A stretch of 62,748 nt of DNA, the filler included, from Klebsormidium nitens (Eukaryota; Plantae; Klebsormidiophyceae): assembly GCA_000708835.1 (NCBI GenBank). It is 9 parts of 9 records of this genome, joined end to end, with 100 filler letters (N's around TTAATTAATTAA, not from the genome) between each part and the next. Parts side by side here need not be neighbours in the genome. Positions count along the whole stretch, not along the records: positions 8,661 to 16,333 come from DF238284.1; positions 16,434 to 29,087 come from DF238113.1; 7 more parts are not named here. One strand, written 5' to 3'. The notes below the pieces were generated by a model. The model did not search any database. It was not told where the DNA came from and saw nothing but the letters and a program-made list of their open reading frames with translations. Of the stretch, positions 12,099-24,897 are shown piece after piece (positions within the stretch are counted from its first letter, which is position 1; each line of letters opens with the position of its first letter). Position numbers and translations under genes: made by a program.

Positions 12099-14733
12099 GT
12101 ACTGCTAATTGCCAAGATATGCAAAAAGTCTCTTGCTTTAGCTACACTCTACAGTAAGAGTAGAGCGTTCCCATCTAGTGTTATCTTGGTTGTAATTCAC
12201 ATCAGAGTAGGGCAATCTGATGCAAAACAATTCAGGAGTGCAATTTGTTGCTCACCATCGGTTCTGTGCAGCCTCGTCAGAAGTTTTACGAGGAGGTGAC
12301 GTGTAGTGGCGCGACATTCTGAATTATGCAGAGAAGCTTGAGCGTCGCTGAGAAGGGAGCACTGCGCCGTGCTGCAGGCTTTTCAACAAGTGGCGCCTTT
12401 GTTGCTCAAGGAGGCGCATTGCTGCTCGGGGCTCACTGTTGTTCGAAATGATGAAGTCTCTTTCACCGTTATCAAAGTCTCCATACATGCAAACGTGAAT
12501 GTGACGTCAACCTTTCTCAAATGACTCTCTCAGAATCGGCTCTGAAAAGCTTTGAACTCGACAGCACTGGGGGGCTTGCGGCATCATGCATGATCACATT
12601 TGGTGCCACTGAGGCGGGGCGATGATTGCTTTTCCCTCTACGTGCGAATTTGCGGTTTTGCTTTATGGTGCGCAGACTAGCGTAAACGAGATGCAGTGAC
12701 TGAATAGGATGCTAGGTGGAGGCTTTTGATTAGATTTCGCGTTGTGTGCTTGATCCACCTGGTGATGACTTGGCATGAAATGGGGGCCGTTCGTACAGAT
12801 CATCATCAACTTCCTCATAGCCAAAGAGTGTCGAGTACGATTGCGACACGTGTGAGACACATCATGCTTTCCGTACATGTTTTAGTTAGCAACCGTGGAT
12901 TAGGAGGTTGAGGTTTGTCGCCATTTGCCTACGTGGAAGTCGAGAGCTACCGGTACAACCCTCCCCCGGTCTGAGTTCGTTGAGAATTGACGCCCTGAAA
13001 ACATGCCCGGGGACTTGGGCGGTTGAGGGTCACCGAAGCAGGCGGATAAGTATCCAGCAGGGTTACGTCCCAATCCGGGTTTCTAGTGCATGCTATTTTA
13101 CAGGCCTGAACTTTTGATGATGTAATCAGTAGGGATAGCTCGTTGAGCATTCGGGGTAGGTCAATACTTTCACATCTACATGTTGACTTTAAATACGGCC
13201 GAGTCTCCGTAACCCCAGTCCCAACGGGGTTTATCTACATGTACAAATTGTACTTTTTGCAGTTCATCAATCGGGCGTGCCCGTCTAAATCCGTACCTGA
13301 CAACGCGCGAGAGTTGCGTGCAGAAATTTGGAAGGTCCGCACTTTGATTGCTCTCAGCAGAGCCGTCGACTCTGGACCTTTCCTAGCTCAATCGGGTCAT
13401 CTAAAGCTAAGGAGACGCTTCCAGCATACAATCAGCTGCTGCGGTGAGGCCGAACTCTGGAACCGGGAGGCCATAGACAACAGTGGGCGAAAGACCACGC
13501 CACTTTGCTTATCAGCTGGACTGCAGTGTCTCCTCAGCTCCCCTGCGCTTATAGGCTCTCCCGTTTCAAGCATTAGCATCCATTGGGTTTCATCAGCGTC
13601 AGCATGTCAATTGATCTGTCTTGCAGAATGCTCTCCGCTTGAGCAGGTTCTCGTCTGTCTAAAGCTGAGACAAGCTCGTGCCAAGCTCAAGTCTACTGTG
13701 ATTTGATCCACCCCTTTCCAGTGAGAAGAACAGTTGCTGAAGTGAGGAACAGCTGCTGAGGTAAGGCCAGGCTCGGGAAATCAATCAGAATCGACCTGTC
13801 TGATGTAAGGTGTCAGTATTTGCATCAGGAACCCCAGAAGGCATACAAGCTGAGGTGACAGTCTAGCTGATAAACAAAACGACTGGAAAAAACCAACCCC
13901 ACACTCACTACCAAGCTCAGACGTTACATGTCAGCTTGATCATCATCAAGCATCTGGCTTATCTGTCTTGAAGAACTAAACTTAAGTTGAGGTAAGGCTG
14001 AGCTTATGTATCGGAAGCTCTGTCGTGAAAAGTCTGATTGGGATGCTCTATAGTGATGTGTGGGTACTTTTGTCGCCATAATGTTACACGCTGGACTATC
14101 TCCTTAGCTCCCATGTCTTCTGTGGCAAACATCGACATCATTCAGCTTCATCAAGCGCATGCTCTGTAAGTGATGTGTGGTATTCTTCCCGTCAGACTGA
14201 TATTCCCTTCGAAGCTCCCTTTGAAGTCTTCTGGGGTTACCTGTTTGAGTATCGATTTTCAATTACAGAATGAGGCCGAGCTCAAGAGTCCGGAAACTCG
14301 ATTGAAATCAGCGTGAATCCTGAGCAGGATGAGGCTCTGTAAGGAATTTGTCCCGCCATTTTCCTTATTAGTTCAACTGTCCCAGATTCTTTGGAAATTT
14401 CTGCTTAACACATCTATCAGCAATCTCGACTGGATCTACCTTGCAGGATGCGCTGCACGACCAGCCAAGATTAGAACAAGCCCTTGCTCAACGTCCCATG
14501 AGAGATTGACTCCTTTTAAATGAAGAGAAAACTTGCTGAGGTAGGTTTAGATCGTACGATGAAACAGACCGTATTGCACTGTACACCTGGGCAAGATGTT
14601 TTGTGGCATTGTGCGGGGTTTCATTTTCCCACAAAATCTCCGATTCTGCACGTGCTTATCTTGTTTCTATCATCAGCATCGCAGCTCTATCATCGTTAGC
14701 ATCCATTTCGACGAAATTGATGATGTCCTCATT

Positions 14734-15585
14734 ATGCAGTCTGGAGCGGTGATCGAAGAACTTGAAGATCCGGCTTGGTATCCCGAGCTGAATTCCATTG
14801 ATTCGATCAATCGTCGTCAGGTCATGAGAACATGCCCATCGACTGGGAGAGCACGTAGGTGCGGGTATTTGACTGTCGAGCGCAGGAAGAACTCGACGAA
14901 ATATAAAGTAAAGGGGAGGATAACTGTAATGCGTACCAAATTCTTAGTCAGGGACTGGTTACGTGAGAGGAAGCTACCTATCTTCGACGAAGAGGATCGG
15001 ATCAGACTGGAAGATGGCTTCAATGCGAACTTTTCAGTAATCGACGACCCCATGGCGAGCCTGGAGTATGAAGATAGACCACCGCCCCCGCAGCAGCAGC
15101 AACTTAAGCACGAATTGGAGGGCAATGGGGAAGTTCTGGGGGGTGGAGCTAGGCACACGGACGAACAGCAGCAGAAAGACGAAGTCAGCGACCAGCGCAG
15201 TGAAGGACCGTCTGCCTTTTGGGGAATCGATGATTTTTCAGCCATACTGCAGAACTGTCCGCCCATGGACAGTGACGAGATCTGCAACTTGGACCTGAGC
15301 AACGACGTGGACCTGCTGCTGGACGGCGTGTTGGGCTCGAACGACGAGGTGACTTCGCCGTCGTCGCTGCCGCCCGTTGACTCGGGCGCAAGGACCCGCC
15401 CGTCCGTCGTGCTAGGTCCGCGTCAACAATTTTTGGTCGCGTCAATGAGGTACTACATGCGCATCGTGGGAAGCGCGAAGAAGCATTCCAGGGATTGCGA
15501 AGGAAAGCGCCAGCAGACGTTGCTGAGGCTAATCGAATCAAACCTGCAGTTGGTGAGGGAGGTTCAACGTTGCATTCTGCAGTAG
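14734..15585 (+). CDS. Intronless hypothetical protein
   Basis: 329-aa ORF (likely ATG 14734) with a basic N-terminal domain, a Pro/Gln/acidic middle and a helical C-terminus; no recognised family. Confidence 0.5.
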   Translation: MQSGAVIEELEDPAWYPELNSIDSINRRQVMRTCPSTGRARRCGYLTVERRKNSTKYKVKGRITVMRTKFLVRDWLRERKLPIFDEEDRIRLEDGFNANFSVIDDPMASLEYEDRPPPPQQQQLKHELEGNGEVLGGGARHTDEQQQKDEVSDQRSEGPSAFWGIDDFSAILQNCPPMDSDEICNLDLSNDVDLLLDGVLGSNDEVTSPSSLPPVDSGARTRPSVVLGPRQQFLVASMRYYMRIVGSAKKHSRDCEGKRQQTLLRLIESNLQLVREVQRCILQ

Positions 15586-16014
15586 AAATTGCGGACACAG
15601 TAAAAGCGAGTAAGACTCTTCGTTTTTGGTCGTCATCACGACGATCGGTCCGAAAGTAGTTAAAACTATCACACCCTCTTCAGTGTCGTCGGGATGGTTG
15701 TATAACATGAGTGAAACCTGGTATAGATATGTTTGTAAAAACGACTGTGAAAGAAATTAGTGTACAGCATCACCAATGGATGAAACTTATAATAAGTAAT
15801 CCTACTCAATTTCTGTGTACCGTGCTATCTCTTTCCTCTAGCCTAGTACCGAGTCCCTCATACTTCTTGGACTAGGAGCCATCTCTCCGACCCTCTTTTG
15901 TTCACCAATGGCAGTTCCAGCACGTCCACCTGTGCCAATCAATTCTAACATGTGCGAGTGAGACCTGACATTGCCGCGTTTCTGACTTGACTCATTTCAT
16001 TGTCTTTATACAAC

Positions 16015-16333
16015 ATGGCTTCTGACTATTCATTCATGAAGGCCGGACTGCATGGCGCACCGAAGGGCATAGACCCTGTGTTCGTTGCCAACGTCGAGGC
16101 CCTCGTTTATACACTCGTTGGACATGCGGCAGAGAGCGCTTGCAAGTACGCCAAGCACTCTGGCAGGCACAGGGCGAGTATAAACGACGTTTTTTCCGCA
16201 CTCAGATATCAAGTGAGGCGTTTCTTGCACTACGACGCTCTGGAAAGGGACGTCAGGAGAACGGCCGAAATATTGGACGCTCTAGCCCAGGAAGACCCAG
16301 AAGACACAGCGGAATCGGATGCAGAGTCCGCAG
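16015..16333 (+). CDS. Histone-fold-like protein, 3'-truncated at gap
   Basis: VYTLVGHAAESACKYAKHSGRHRASINDVFSALRYQ parallels histone-fold helices 2-3 (compare H4 [26 protein letters not shown]), followed by an acidic tail. Resembles small histone-fold ORFs of algal NCLDVs, from memory. Confidence 0.62.
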
Positions 16334-17873
16334 NNNNNNNNNNNNNNNNNNNNNNNNNNNNNNNNNNNNNNNNNNNNTTAATTAATTAANNNNNNNNNNN
16401 NNNNNNNNNNNNNNNNNNNNNNNNNNNNNNNNNTATCCTGAACGGTGACATCGGCTCACTAAAGCCGATCCATCCGGGATATTACGCCGTCTTGCAGACA
16501 GCTACGCAGTGCGTCGTTAGGACGTAACCACCGCCGTTTCGCTAACCCGCGGTCAACGAAATCCTGTCGAGAACGAGGTTAGGCTTAACCAGTCGTAATC
16601 GTTACAGGGCAGCGTTCAAACCCGTCCAACCGTCACATCCCACGCCTCTCACAAAGGTCATCGGCTTATGGCATCCTTGGCGTTCCAATTTCCGCCACCC
16701 TTGATTCAAGATAATATGTGATGTCCACCAAAAAATGAAAAACATGCTATGAAAACTTGCACACTGACACGGTGACAATGATCATACATTCAATTGTCGG
16801 TCTGCATGTGCATCATCGCTTATATTGTTTGGAAATCGATCGAGTTCGTGGCCCTCCTGAGTAGTGCACAGTGCAGGCATGGGCATAAAGTACGATGTCG
16901 TTGCGGCCGATCGTCTTGTGATGTGCATTCGATTGCCAATTTCGCATTATACCGTATCAGATTAAAACGTCGCAACCGAACCATGTGTTTCAAGTTTCAA
17001 CATGATTTGAGTGCCTGTTTATAGTATAAGGGAGGCAAATAAGTCGCGATTACGTATACGTATACGCAGCTAGACAGCTTTAGAGCGCATGATTTTCCAG
17101 AAGTTTCTTTATAAACTTGAATTTAAAGACCAGCTCAGTCACGAGTCGCTGCGCGATTTGCACATGTCAGCTTGGAGCGAGCTGTAGCCAGACGAAACTT
17201 AGAAGGAAACAGCTCGAAGCTTATGTAACTCATATAGCGGAGTGTTTAATTTTTCTTAGGTTAGTACGTATGGCATGTGATCCGATCAATGTTGTTAAAC
17301 GGCATGGCACTGCATATATATCATGCAATCCGGCGCGGATTTGCAGGGCACACGAAATCTACTTGAATTAATTAAGGACATATTGAGCTTCACAGCTCGC
17401 CCCTCAAAACCGTCGCGATCAGGCCCGGCATGCATGGAGGTTTTACTTTTGCATGAATGGGACACGGAATGATATGACATAGTACGTTACTATTCGAAGT
17501 TGGCATGACATAGTATGTCACAGTGTACGGACGATTTATAGTAAGCCTGCCGCCAGTAATTGCTAATAAACTACTGAACTACCGGGCCGTACAACATGTT
17601 CCAATGTATAAGCCGGCCAGCTCGGTAATTGGACGGCTGGCAACACCGGGCCGGCACTTCCCCGCTACATGACATTATGTACTCCGACCCTCAAAGAGCA
17701 TGGTCGATGTTTAAGGGTACACACTAAGCTTGATTAGATTCTGCTAGTGTATCCGCTGGTGGGATTGTATTACATCGTTTTCTTTTATCGAGCTCACAAT
17801 ACCGTATCACACCCGGTAGCTGCTAGCACCTGGGCCTGCTTCGGGCCTAGCTCCGTTCAAAAGTGCTAGGTAT

Positions 17874-19769
17874 CTATGCTTGCGACAACTTTGATATTTC
17901 CGACTCCCTGTTGGTATGTCGATAAATAGTTGCAAGAAGTCGATTCTTATCACGAGTTGCAAATGAGTCTACCAACTTCCCACCTTTGTAGAAGTGGAAT
18001 AAGGGCACCACCTGGAGATCAGCACCCAAAGAGGAAGATTTGATCACATCAATTCAAGGGCAACAATATACTTATTGCCATAACCAACGTTCTCGGGGTG
18101 CAACATTCATCGCAAATCATGTCATTCAAACCCTCGAATGACCAGATGAACCGTGGTGAAGTTGAACCGGCAGTTGTTGCTCGAAAGTTTGAAAAGTCTG
18201 GCAACTATGCATGTAAATCTTGGACAGCTCACCTTTATTCGAAGGTCTTCGGCAATGTCACTCTGTTCATCATATTCGTTCATGACCTGCATAAAGATGC
18301 TTGGAATCGAAACTCAAACTGTGCAAGGCAAAAGGAGTGCCTGCAATAGTAGACTGGAAGCAAACAGGGAATACCAGATCTTTGGACCCACAAGCCAGAT
18401 AACTTGCCCTGTACTCTGGAGCCATGAACTTTTCAGCTGTTTGATTCAAAACATGAACCTCTGGGACAAGGAAGCTACTCAGCCAACCACAAACAATAGT
18501 CTACAATCATCTGAACGGATGTACCCAAATAGCAAAAAACCAGAACGATAACAGACGAATCAGGAAAAGAAGCTAAGGCACGTACGTTATGTTTGAGAAA
18601 GACGACATGGTGCTGGCCCCCCTCCTCTTCATCTTTGCTTTCTCCTTTGCACAGCTTCATGAAGCCTTTCTCAATATATTTGCAACTGCCACATGCCGTG
18701 CGGAAGAAGTCGACCACCACGAGCGAATTTGGACCAGCCTCGTCCAGGTGATGTTGAAGCTCGTCCTGGCTGTAGATCTCTTTGACCTGTAATACATCGA
18801 GGCTTGACTTCCAGAACCCAGAAGGCTTGATTTATCGCAGAACAATCATTCTATCTCCCTTGTTGGTGCATCTGGTGGAAAGAAAGACATACAAGGTTAA
18901 CCTGGTGAACGAAATCCGCTGCTAATGTAATCCTTGAGCATCATACTCAATGCAAAACATAAAATGGAAACAAAGATCTCAGAAGACTATGATTCCAATG
19001 CTGAAGTATCAATACCACACAAAAAGCTCAGAAGACTATGGTTCCAATGCTGAAGTATCAGTACCACACAAAAACCAAGCAAGATACTCACGCACTCCAG
19101 TGGACAGACTTCGTCATCGTCATTACCCCTTTCCAACTCGTTCGGCTCGAGGGTACTCGATCGATTGATTTTAAGAGCTTGCGCCACAAGTATGTGCCTC
19201 CTTTGATGTGAGGTCCGCCTAGATGCAACCTGGCAATCAAGTACAACACTAGTGAGTTAAAGAGCAGATTGACAAGCTGCACCACTGCACCACTGCTCAC
19301 ACCTTGGGGCAACCGACATACAAGCTCCAGTTTGCTTGGCATGTTGCCCTGTCTCAACCTCAGCTTACAGATCCCAGCTGCTTGCAATCACAAGTGCCCG
19401 GTTTGCTCCCCCCAACCATCTGACTCCCTGTAAGCTTAGTGCTGCAATTGCAAACCTGTGAATCACGGAGCAAGCTAGATGCCCCCAGAGGTCTAAGTTG
19501 AAGCAGCCCTTCTTAGGAATAAAACTTACACTTGGTAATCCCTCCCTCCAACCAGAAGCTCTCTGTGCAGATAGATTGATTGCATGCACAGATCCTCTGC
19601 AACTCCAATATCTGCTCGGACTGTGCTGGGAGAGGGTGCAAGACGTTTTGGAGAAGCAGGGAACACCAGCGTCACTGCAGATATTGCGAAACTGGTCTTG
19701 GCCAATCGTTGACGGAGTTGTCCAAGGGGCACCACATCTAGACTTGCTCACTGAATCCATGAGCTCCAT
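17874..19769 (-). CDS. Thioredoxin-like 4, chloroplastic (atypical CGSC active site)
   Basis: Exons 19229-19092 (...DDDEVCPLEC), 18786-18586 (VKEIYSQDEL...VVVDFFRTACGSCKYIEKGFMKLCK...VFLKHN), 18286-18233 (VMNEYDEQSDIAEDLRIK) and 18011-17874 (VVPLFHFYKGG...FATRDK...stop), all GT-AG and phase 0. Matches the Arabidopsis At1g07700-type protein. The 5' transit-peptide exon (ATG 19769) is tentative. Confidence 0.9.
18978..19075. repeat. Intronic tandem duplication, 49-bp unit x2
   Basis: ctcagaagactatg(a/g)ttccaatgctgaagtatca(a/g)taccacacaaaaa at 18978 and 19027. Confidence 0.85.
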
Positions 19770-21450
19770 TATGAAGTCAGAAGAAAGCAGCAAACGAAGC
19801 CTGTTAAAAGCTGGGCAGCAACCAAAGTAAAATTTTCTACGAAGGCCAATGCTAGCATTTCAGTGCGCCTTGAATCTTGATGACCTTAGATCTTCTGCGT
19901 AGGCAGACATGAAGTTGAATGTTGCAGAACTGAAGCACTACCAGCCTCCAGGTAGCAGAGCCAGACATCGACACTGGCACCAGCCCTGCATGAGACAGCA
20001 CAGATCAGAGTCTGGGCTCCATTCACCTGGACTAGCTGTGGAGACCAAAACAGGTACCCATGGTAGCCTGGTACCATACCGATTTGGCAAACATTCAGAG
20101 GGCGGTATGTACACGTGGTCCATGTGGTCGATGAAAAGCAATTTATTGGCCGGCCGCAAATGGTTACCTAGATCCCAAAAGTGGAACGCACATTATACAC
20201 AGCACCTTGCAATGTGCAATTTGCAATTTGCAGTTTCTCCCTCTTCTCTCTAGCTCCTCCCTCTCTCATGTACGATCAGAAGACTGAAGCGCGCTCTGCG
20301 GGATCGGGTCTCATGGTTGCTTGTGTAACAGGTACGCCAGGCCCAGGCATGTGAAAGGGCCATCAGACTGGGTGCATAAAGGATTTGGCCCACAAAGGGG
20401 CCTAGACATTGAAGCATGGTCGCTGTCAGTCGCTCTGGCCAGTACTGGGTTAAAACGCTTATCGCTTCAATAATTAGCAAGAGCACGTTGCAAGGGGTCC
20501 GTAGATCCTAGAGCCCTTAAGTTCCTTGTACTCACGAGGGATCCCAATGACATGGACATGGACAAAAACGATCATCCCCATCTTTAAGGCAACCTGTGAA
20601 TCACGGAATCCTCTACTTTGGTGTGCAAGCGCTGTCAAAGCAGACTGACTATGAAACACCAATCTTGACTGGGTGTTTCTGATGAGCACCATAGGAATGA
20701 CAGCTTGATCGTGATACTGTGGCAAATAGTGCACGCCTGGTCGCAGGGGTTTCACCCCTGCTGCCCAGCTCATGCTGGATTCTTCCTCAGAGGTTGTTGC
20801 TCGCAGCCCGACCTGGGTGCATCTGCGGAAGGTTGGAGCAGCGGGCCGCCACCCCTCAGATCTCTTCTCAGGTACAGCGGGTGTCACAGTATCTCCTCAG
20901 ATTGCCCTTTGCGTGCTCAAGCTGCGCCAGTAATCCCATCAACCACTAATTGGACGATGCACCTGCTTCAAATCAGAGGCAAGGAAGCGGTCAAGTAGTT
21001 CGGATTCAGGAGCAATGGCCAAACTGGTGCATTCCGCATTGGGCTTCTATCCAACCGAAGGTGGCCTCCTAATACTAAAGTTAGTTTGCGCTTGGTGCCC
21101 AAAAAACCTTACCTCTCAATTCTAGACATTGAATTGGGGGCTTCAACTTGGTGCGGCCAATGGGGTGCAACGTATGTCTGCCAACTTGGTCGTTGGGTGT
21201 GATGCTTGCATGGAAGCAACTTGCAAAGAAGTGTCCTTGTATCACAAGTCTGCATCTTGTGTCCCCCTGAGATCTACCCTGTCTGCAGGACAAGCTAGTC
21301 ATCACCTGGTGATACTAGTGCTCAACAGGAGCATGGACAGGTCCCATCACCAGTGGCAGGATGGCCCCCATGGTGGCCTGTCTTTCTGCAACAGACTCGG
21401 GGTTGCATTCCCGACCGCTGCCTGACTCGCTGCTGCAGCGGTACGTGCAG

Positions 21451-24400
21451 GTGGTGACGAGAAGGAGGAAGAGGCACCTGGCGTGGAGGCTGCCGGCGTG
21501 GCTGCGGGGGCGCCTGGCAGTGGGGCCATGGCCAGCCTGAGCGGCAAGGGGGAGGCGGGGGTGGCGGCCACGCGCGCCGCCCGGTGGCAGTGGGCCGTCC
21601 TCGCGGCGGTGGCGCTCCTCATGCTCAAGGTGGGGGGCGCAGCCGGACAGTCTCGAGGATGAGGCACCCAGCATCTGAGCATGCAAAGAAGGGCACAGAG
21701 GAGTCTGTCCTCTCAAGTTGCGTCTTGTGATGGCCTGCTCCTCCTGGCTGGCTCTTGCAGACTATCCATGACTCCACTGCCCTTCTGGAGCCAGCCACGC
21801 GCAACACCTTCCTCTTTGAGGTCTTCCTCTACTACAACCCGCTCGTCACCGTCGTAAGTCACCTGCGTCCTGTCGGCGCCGCTGCCTGAGGCCTCACAGG
21901 GCCAGCATCCGCGGGGACTCGGTGTGAGGATCAGCCGCGCCGTGTGGGTGCCCCTTTTCTGCTCCCCTGCCTTTTTTGCCCCTCCGTGAATGTTGCGCTG
22001 CTTGCGGTGATGGTGGGAGCAGTGCGATGGTGTGCAGTGCGATGGTTGTTGTGCAGGCGTACATGGTGGCACTGTGGGGGGTCAACTTGTGGGCGTTTGC
22101 GCACTCGCGCGTCAGCTACCCCAAAGTCTTCAACATCGATCCCGCCAGCCACCTCACACAGCATGATCTGTGGAAGGTCCGCCCAGCAACCCCACTATCT
22201 GCAAGTGCGCCTAGCAAATCACTGCCTCCACCTGCCATCAGGATCTGGCCGGTTTTGTGACCGGGTCCACTCGATATCCAATGTTGATACTGCTGCACAC
22301 ACCGTCTCCCGTTGAGTAGGCTTGCCACGCAAGCCAGCATGTCATGGCCGCTGGCCCGCCTGCTCCCCCGGCTCTCGTGAGGAGCGCCCATCCTTCGCTC
22401 CCCTCACATCACTGCGCATCGTGCCCCAGATTGCGGCCTGGCTGGGCGTGGCGGTGCTGTCCAGCGCCGCTGCCTTTTTGTACTGCTTCACGCACGGCGC
22501 CCCGCGTGCGGCTGCGGCCCAGCCCATGCTGCTGTATGCGGCGCTGCCGCTGGTCCTGGCGCTGCCGTTCGACGTGCTGTACGCGCCGTCGCGCTTCTTC
22601 TTCCTCACCACGCTCGGCCGCATGCTGCTGCCGCTGCAGCCCATCAGCTTCCCCGACTTCTTTGTGGCCGACGTCCTCACGTCCATGTCCAAGGTCCTCT
22701 CCGACCTCGAGCGCGCCACCTGCCGCATGCTCAACGGCCAGGTCAGGGCCGCACCGGCAGGCATGAACAGCACCCCGCAGATTGTCGGTTGTTAATGCAC
22801 TCTTAATCGGGCCTTCTCGGGGGAATCAAGCTGCACGGGATGGGAGCCTCATATTCTGGACGCTGCTGTATTTCATTCTGCTGTCTTTGCAGTGGCTTTG
22901 GCGCTCAGAGCAAGCCAAGAGAAGGTCACCTACTTCTCACACGCTCATTTTCGATCACGTGCATGGGTTCCGGTGAAAGTGGCACAGTAGTGTCATTTCT
23001 GACGCACACCGCCTCGCTTTGATCTGCAATGGAGAGTGTTCATCACTGTTCCCGTGGCAGGCCCAACGAGCCCGTTGCGAACATCTGACGTGGCTCTTGC
23101 CTGCCCAGGTGGCGAGCCTGCTGTGGCTGGGCCCAGACGACGTGTGCGGGGGCCACGCAATGGCCATCCCCTGCGTGCTCGCGCTGCCTTACGCCTGCCG
23201 CTTCTTCCAATGCTGCCGCCAGTACAGCGACACCAGGGAGAAGAATTGCCTCTTGAACGGTGGGCTCTCCGCCACCATCCTTTTTACACGGCGTTGTCAA
23301 CAGGGATGCGGAGGTGCTGGCTGGCTGGTCCGACATGCTGAGGACTGAACCAGGGGCGTCTTCATGCATCACACATCTCATCGAGCAAAGAAGCTCAGAT
23401 GCTCGAAGTGTTTCCACAAAAAGCCGTCTTCTCGATTTGCGAGGAGTAGACTGGCTGGGCTTTTTTGTTGGCAGGAGGGCATGAAGGGAATGAGGACATT
23501 TCAGAAGAAGATAGAAATGTTGGTAGTTGGACGGCTCTCGATGCAGAAGGGGTTCTCGTGTCACTCGGGGAGGCAGTTTCAGTCCAGCATTCATTGGATT
23601 TGAGTACGTGGCAGTACGGTGCTCGCCGAGCGCATGAAGCTCGTTGCGGTCTCTAGCAGGCGTCCTCTGCAGGGGGCAAGGTGGTGCCAGTACACACTGA
23701 AGACAGCACGGTGGCTAGGTCCGCGTTGTGAAGAGTACACGAGGACTCGGGCTGAGGGCCATGTTTGCATCCGAACAATTGTCTTGCGGGCGCCCAGCCT
23801 CTCCGAGCCAGGCGTTCAGCTGGCGGCCCGCATCCTGACGTTATCAAGAGGGCCGTTAGGGCTCTGGGCTTTTGACCCCTTCCCAGGGCATGGCGTCAGC
23901 CTCTTGCTTTGGCACTTGCCGCCGTGTCTGACGGCCTGCTCTTTTCGCAGCGCTCAAGTACGCGACGGCGTTCCCGGTGATCCTGTTCTCGGGCATCAAG
24001 TACCGCGTGCCGCTGGAGGAGTGGCGCGGCTTCTGGAAGCCGCTGTGGATTGTGGCGGCCGTGGTCAACAGCAGCTACAGCTTCTACTGGGACATCGCGC
24101 GCGACTGGGACCTCACCGCCTTTTCGCCCGCCGCCTGCCACGGCCGCCACCCGCTGCTGCGGGCCAACCTGTACTACCCGCATAAATGGGTCAGCCCACA
24201 CTGCAGTTCTGTATTTCAAGCTGTGGTGTGCGCCTTTCACCGGAAGTCCCGAACAGTTGCTTGCAGTTCTGAAAATGGTTATCTTTGCTTTCCCTGCTGA
24301 GATGGTCAAAGTGTCGTCCCGGTTGTGTGCTCTCGTTTGGCTTCTTGGGCGTTCTCCAGCATCTTCGCGTTCGTTGTTGACGTGGCAGTGGCGGCGTGCA

Positions 24401-24897
24401 GGTGTACTACTGGGCCATGGTGACCGACGGCGTGCTGCGCGCCAGCTGGACGTACAAGCTGAGCGCGCACCTGCGGCACAACCACCTCACCGTCTTCTTC
24501 TTCTCGGCCCTAGAGATCACCCGACGGTTCCAAGTGAGCGCCACAGCCATGCGCGCGAACACCGGGCCGGATAGACGCATTTTGGCCGTTGCAGGGGAGG
24601 TGACCTTGCACAAGCTGCGGACAAGAGTTGTGCAACTTGAAGAATACAAAAGAAAGCGTTTCTAGGTACTCACGAAGCATAAACTTTGTGAGCACGAAGT
24701 TCACGTTCTCTTACCTTGTGTCGCCTTCTCTTGCTTCGCAGTGGATTTTCTTCCGGGTAGAAACGGAGTGGTGCCGCATGCTGCTCAAGGCGGAGCAGCG
24801 GGACAGCGCACTGAACCTGCAAGCCCTGGCAGGCGGGGGCCGGGACGAGGAAGCAGAGCAACTGCTGCCACGAGAACAGAGCAAAGACAGAGTCTGA
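21451..24897 (+). CDS. EXS (ERD1/XPR1/SYG1) family membrane protein, multi-exon; 5' end unresolved
   Basis: Exons read FEVFLYYNPL, LWGVNLWAF, ISFPDFFVADVLTSMSKVLSDLER, LPYACRFFQCCRQYSDT, ALKYATAFPVI, NSSYSFYWDIARDWDL, LRASWTYKLSAHLRHN, LEITRRFQ|WIFFRVETEW, stop at 24895-24897. These are diagnostic EXS motifs. Confidence 0.92.

Noticed and set aside
14800-14990. NUMOD4/HNH-like resemblance (STGRARRCGYLTV)
   Set aside because: Too weak; no VHRL or HNH motif follows.
16015-16333. Canonical histone H4
   Set aside because: No basic N-tail and low identity; only the fold pattern is shared.
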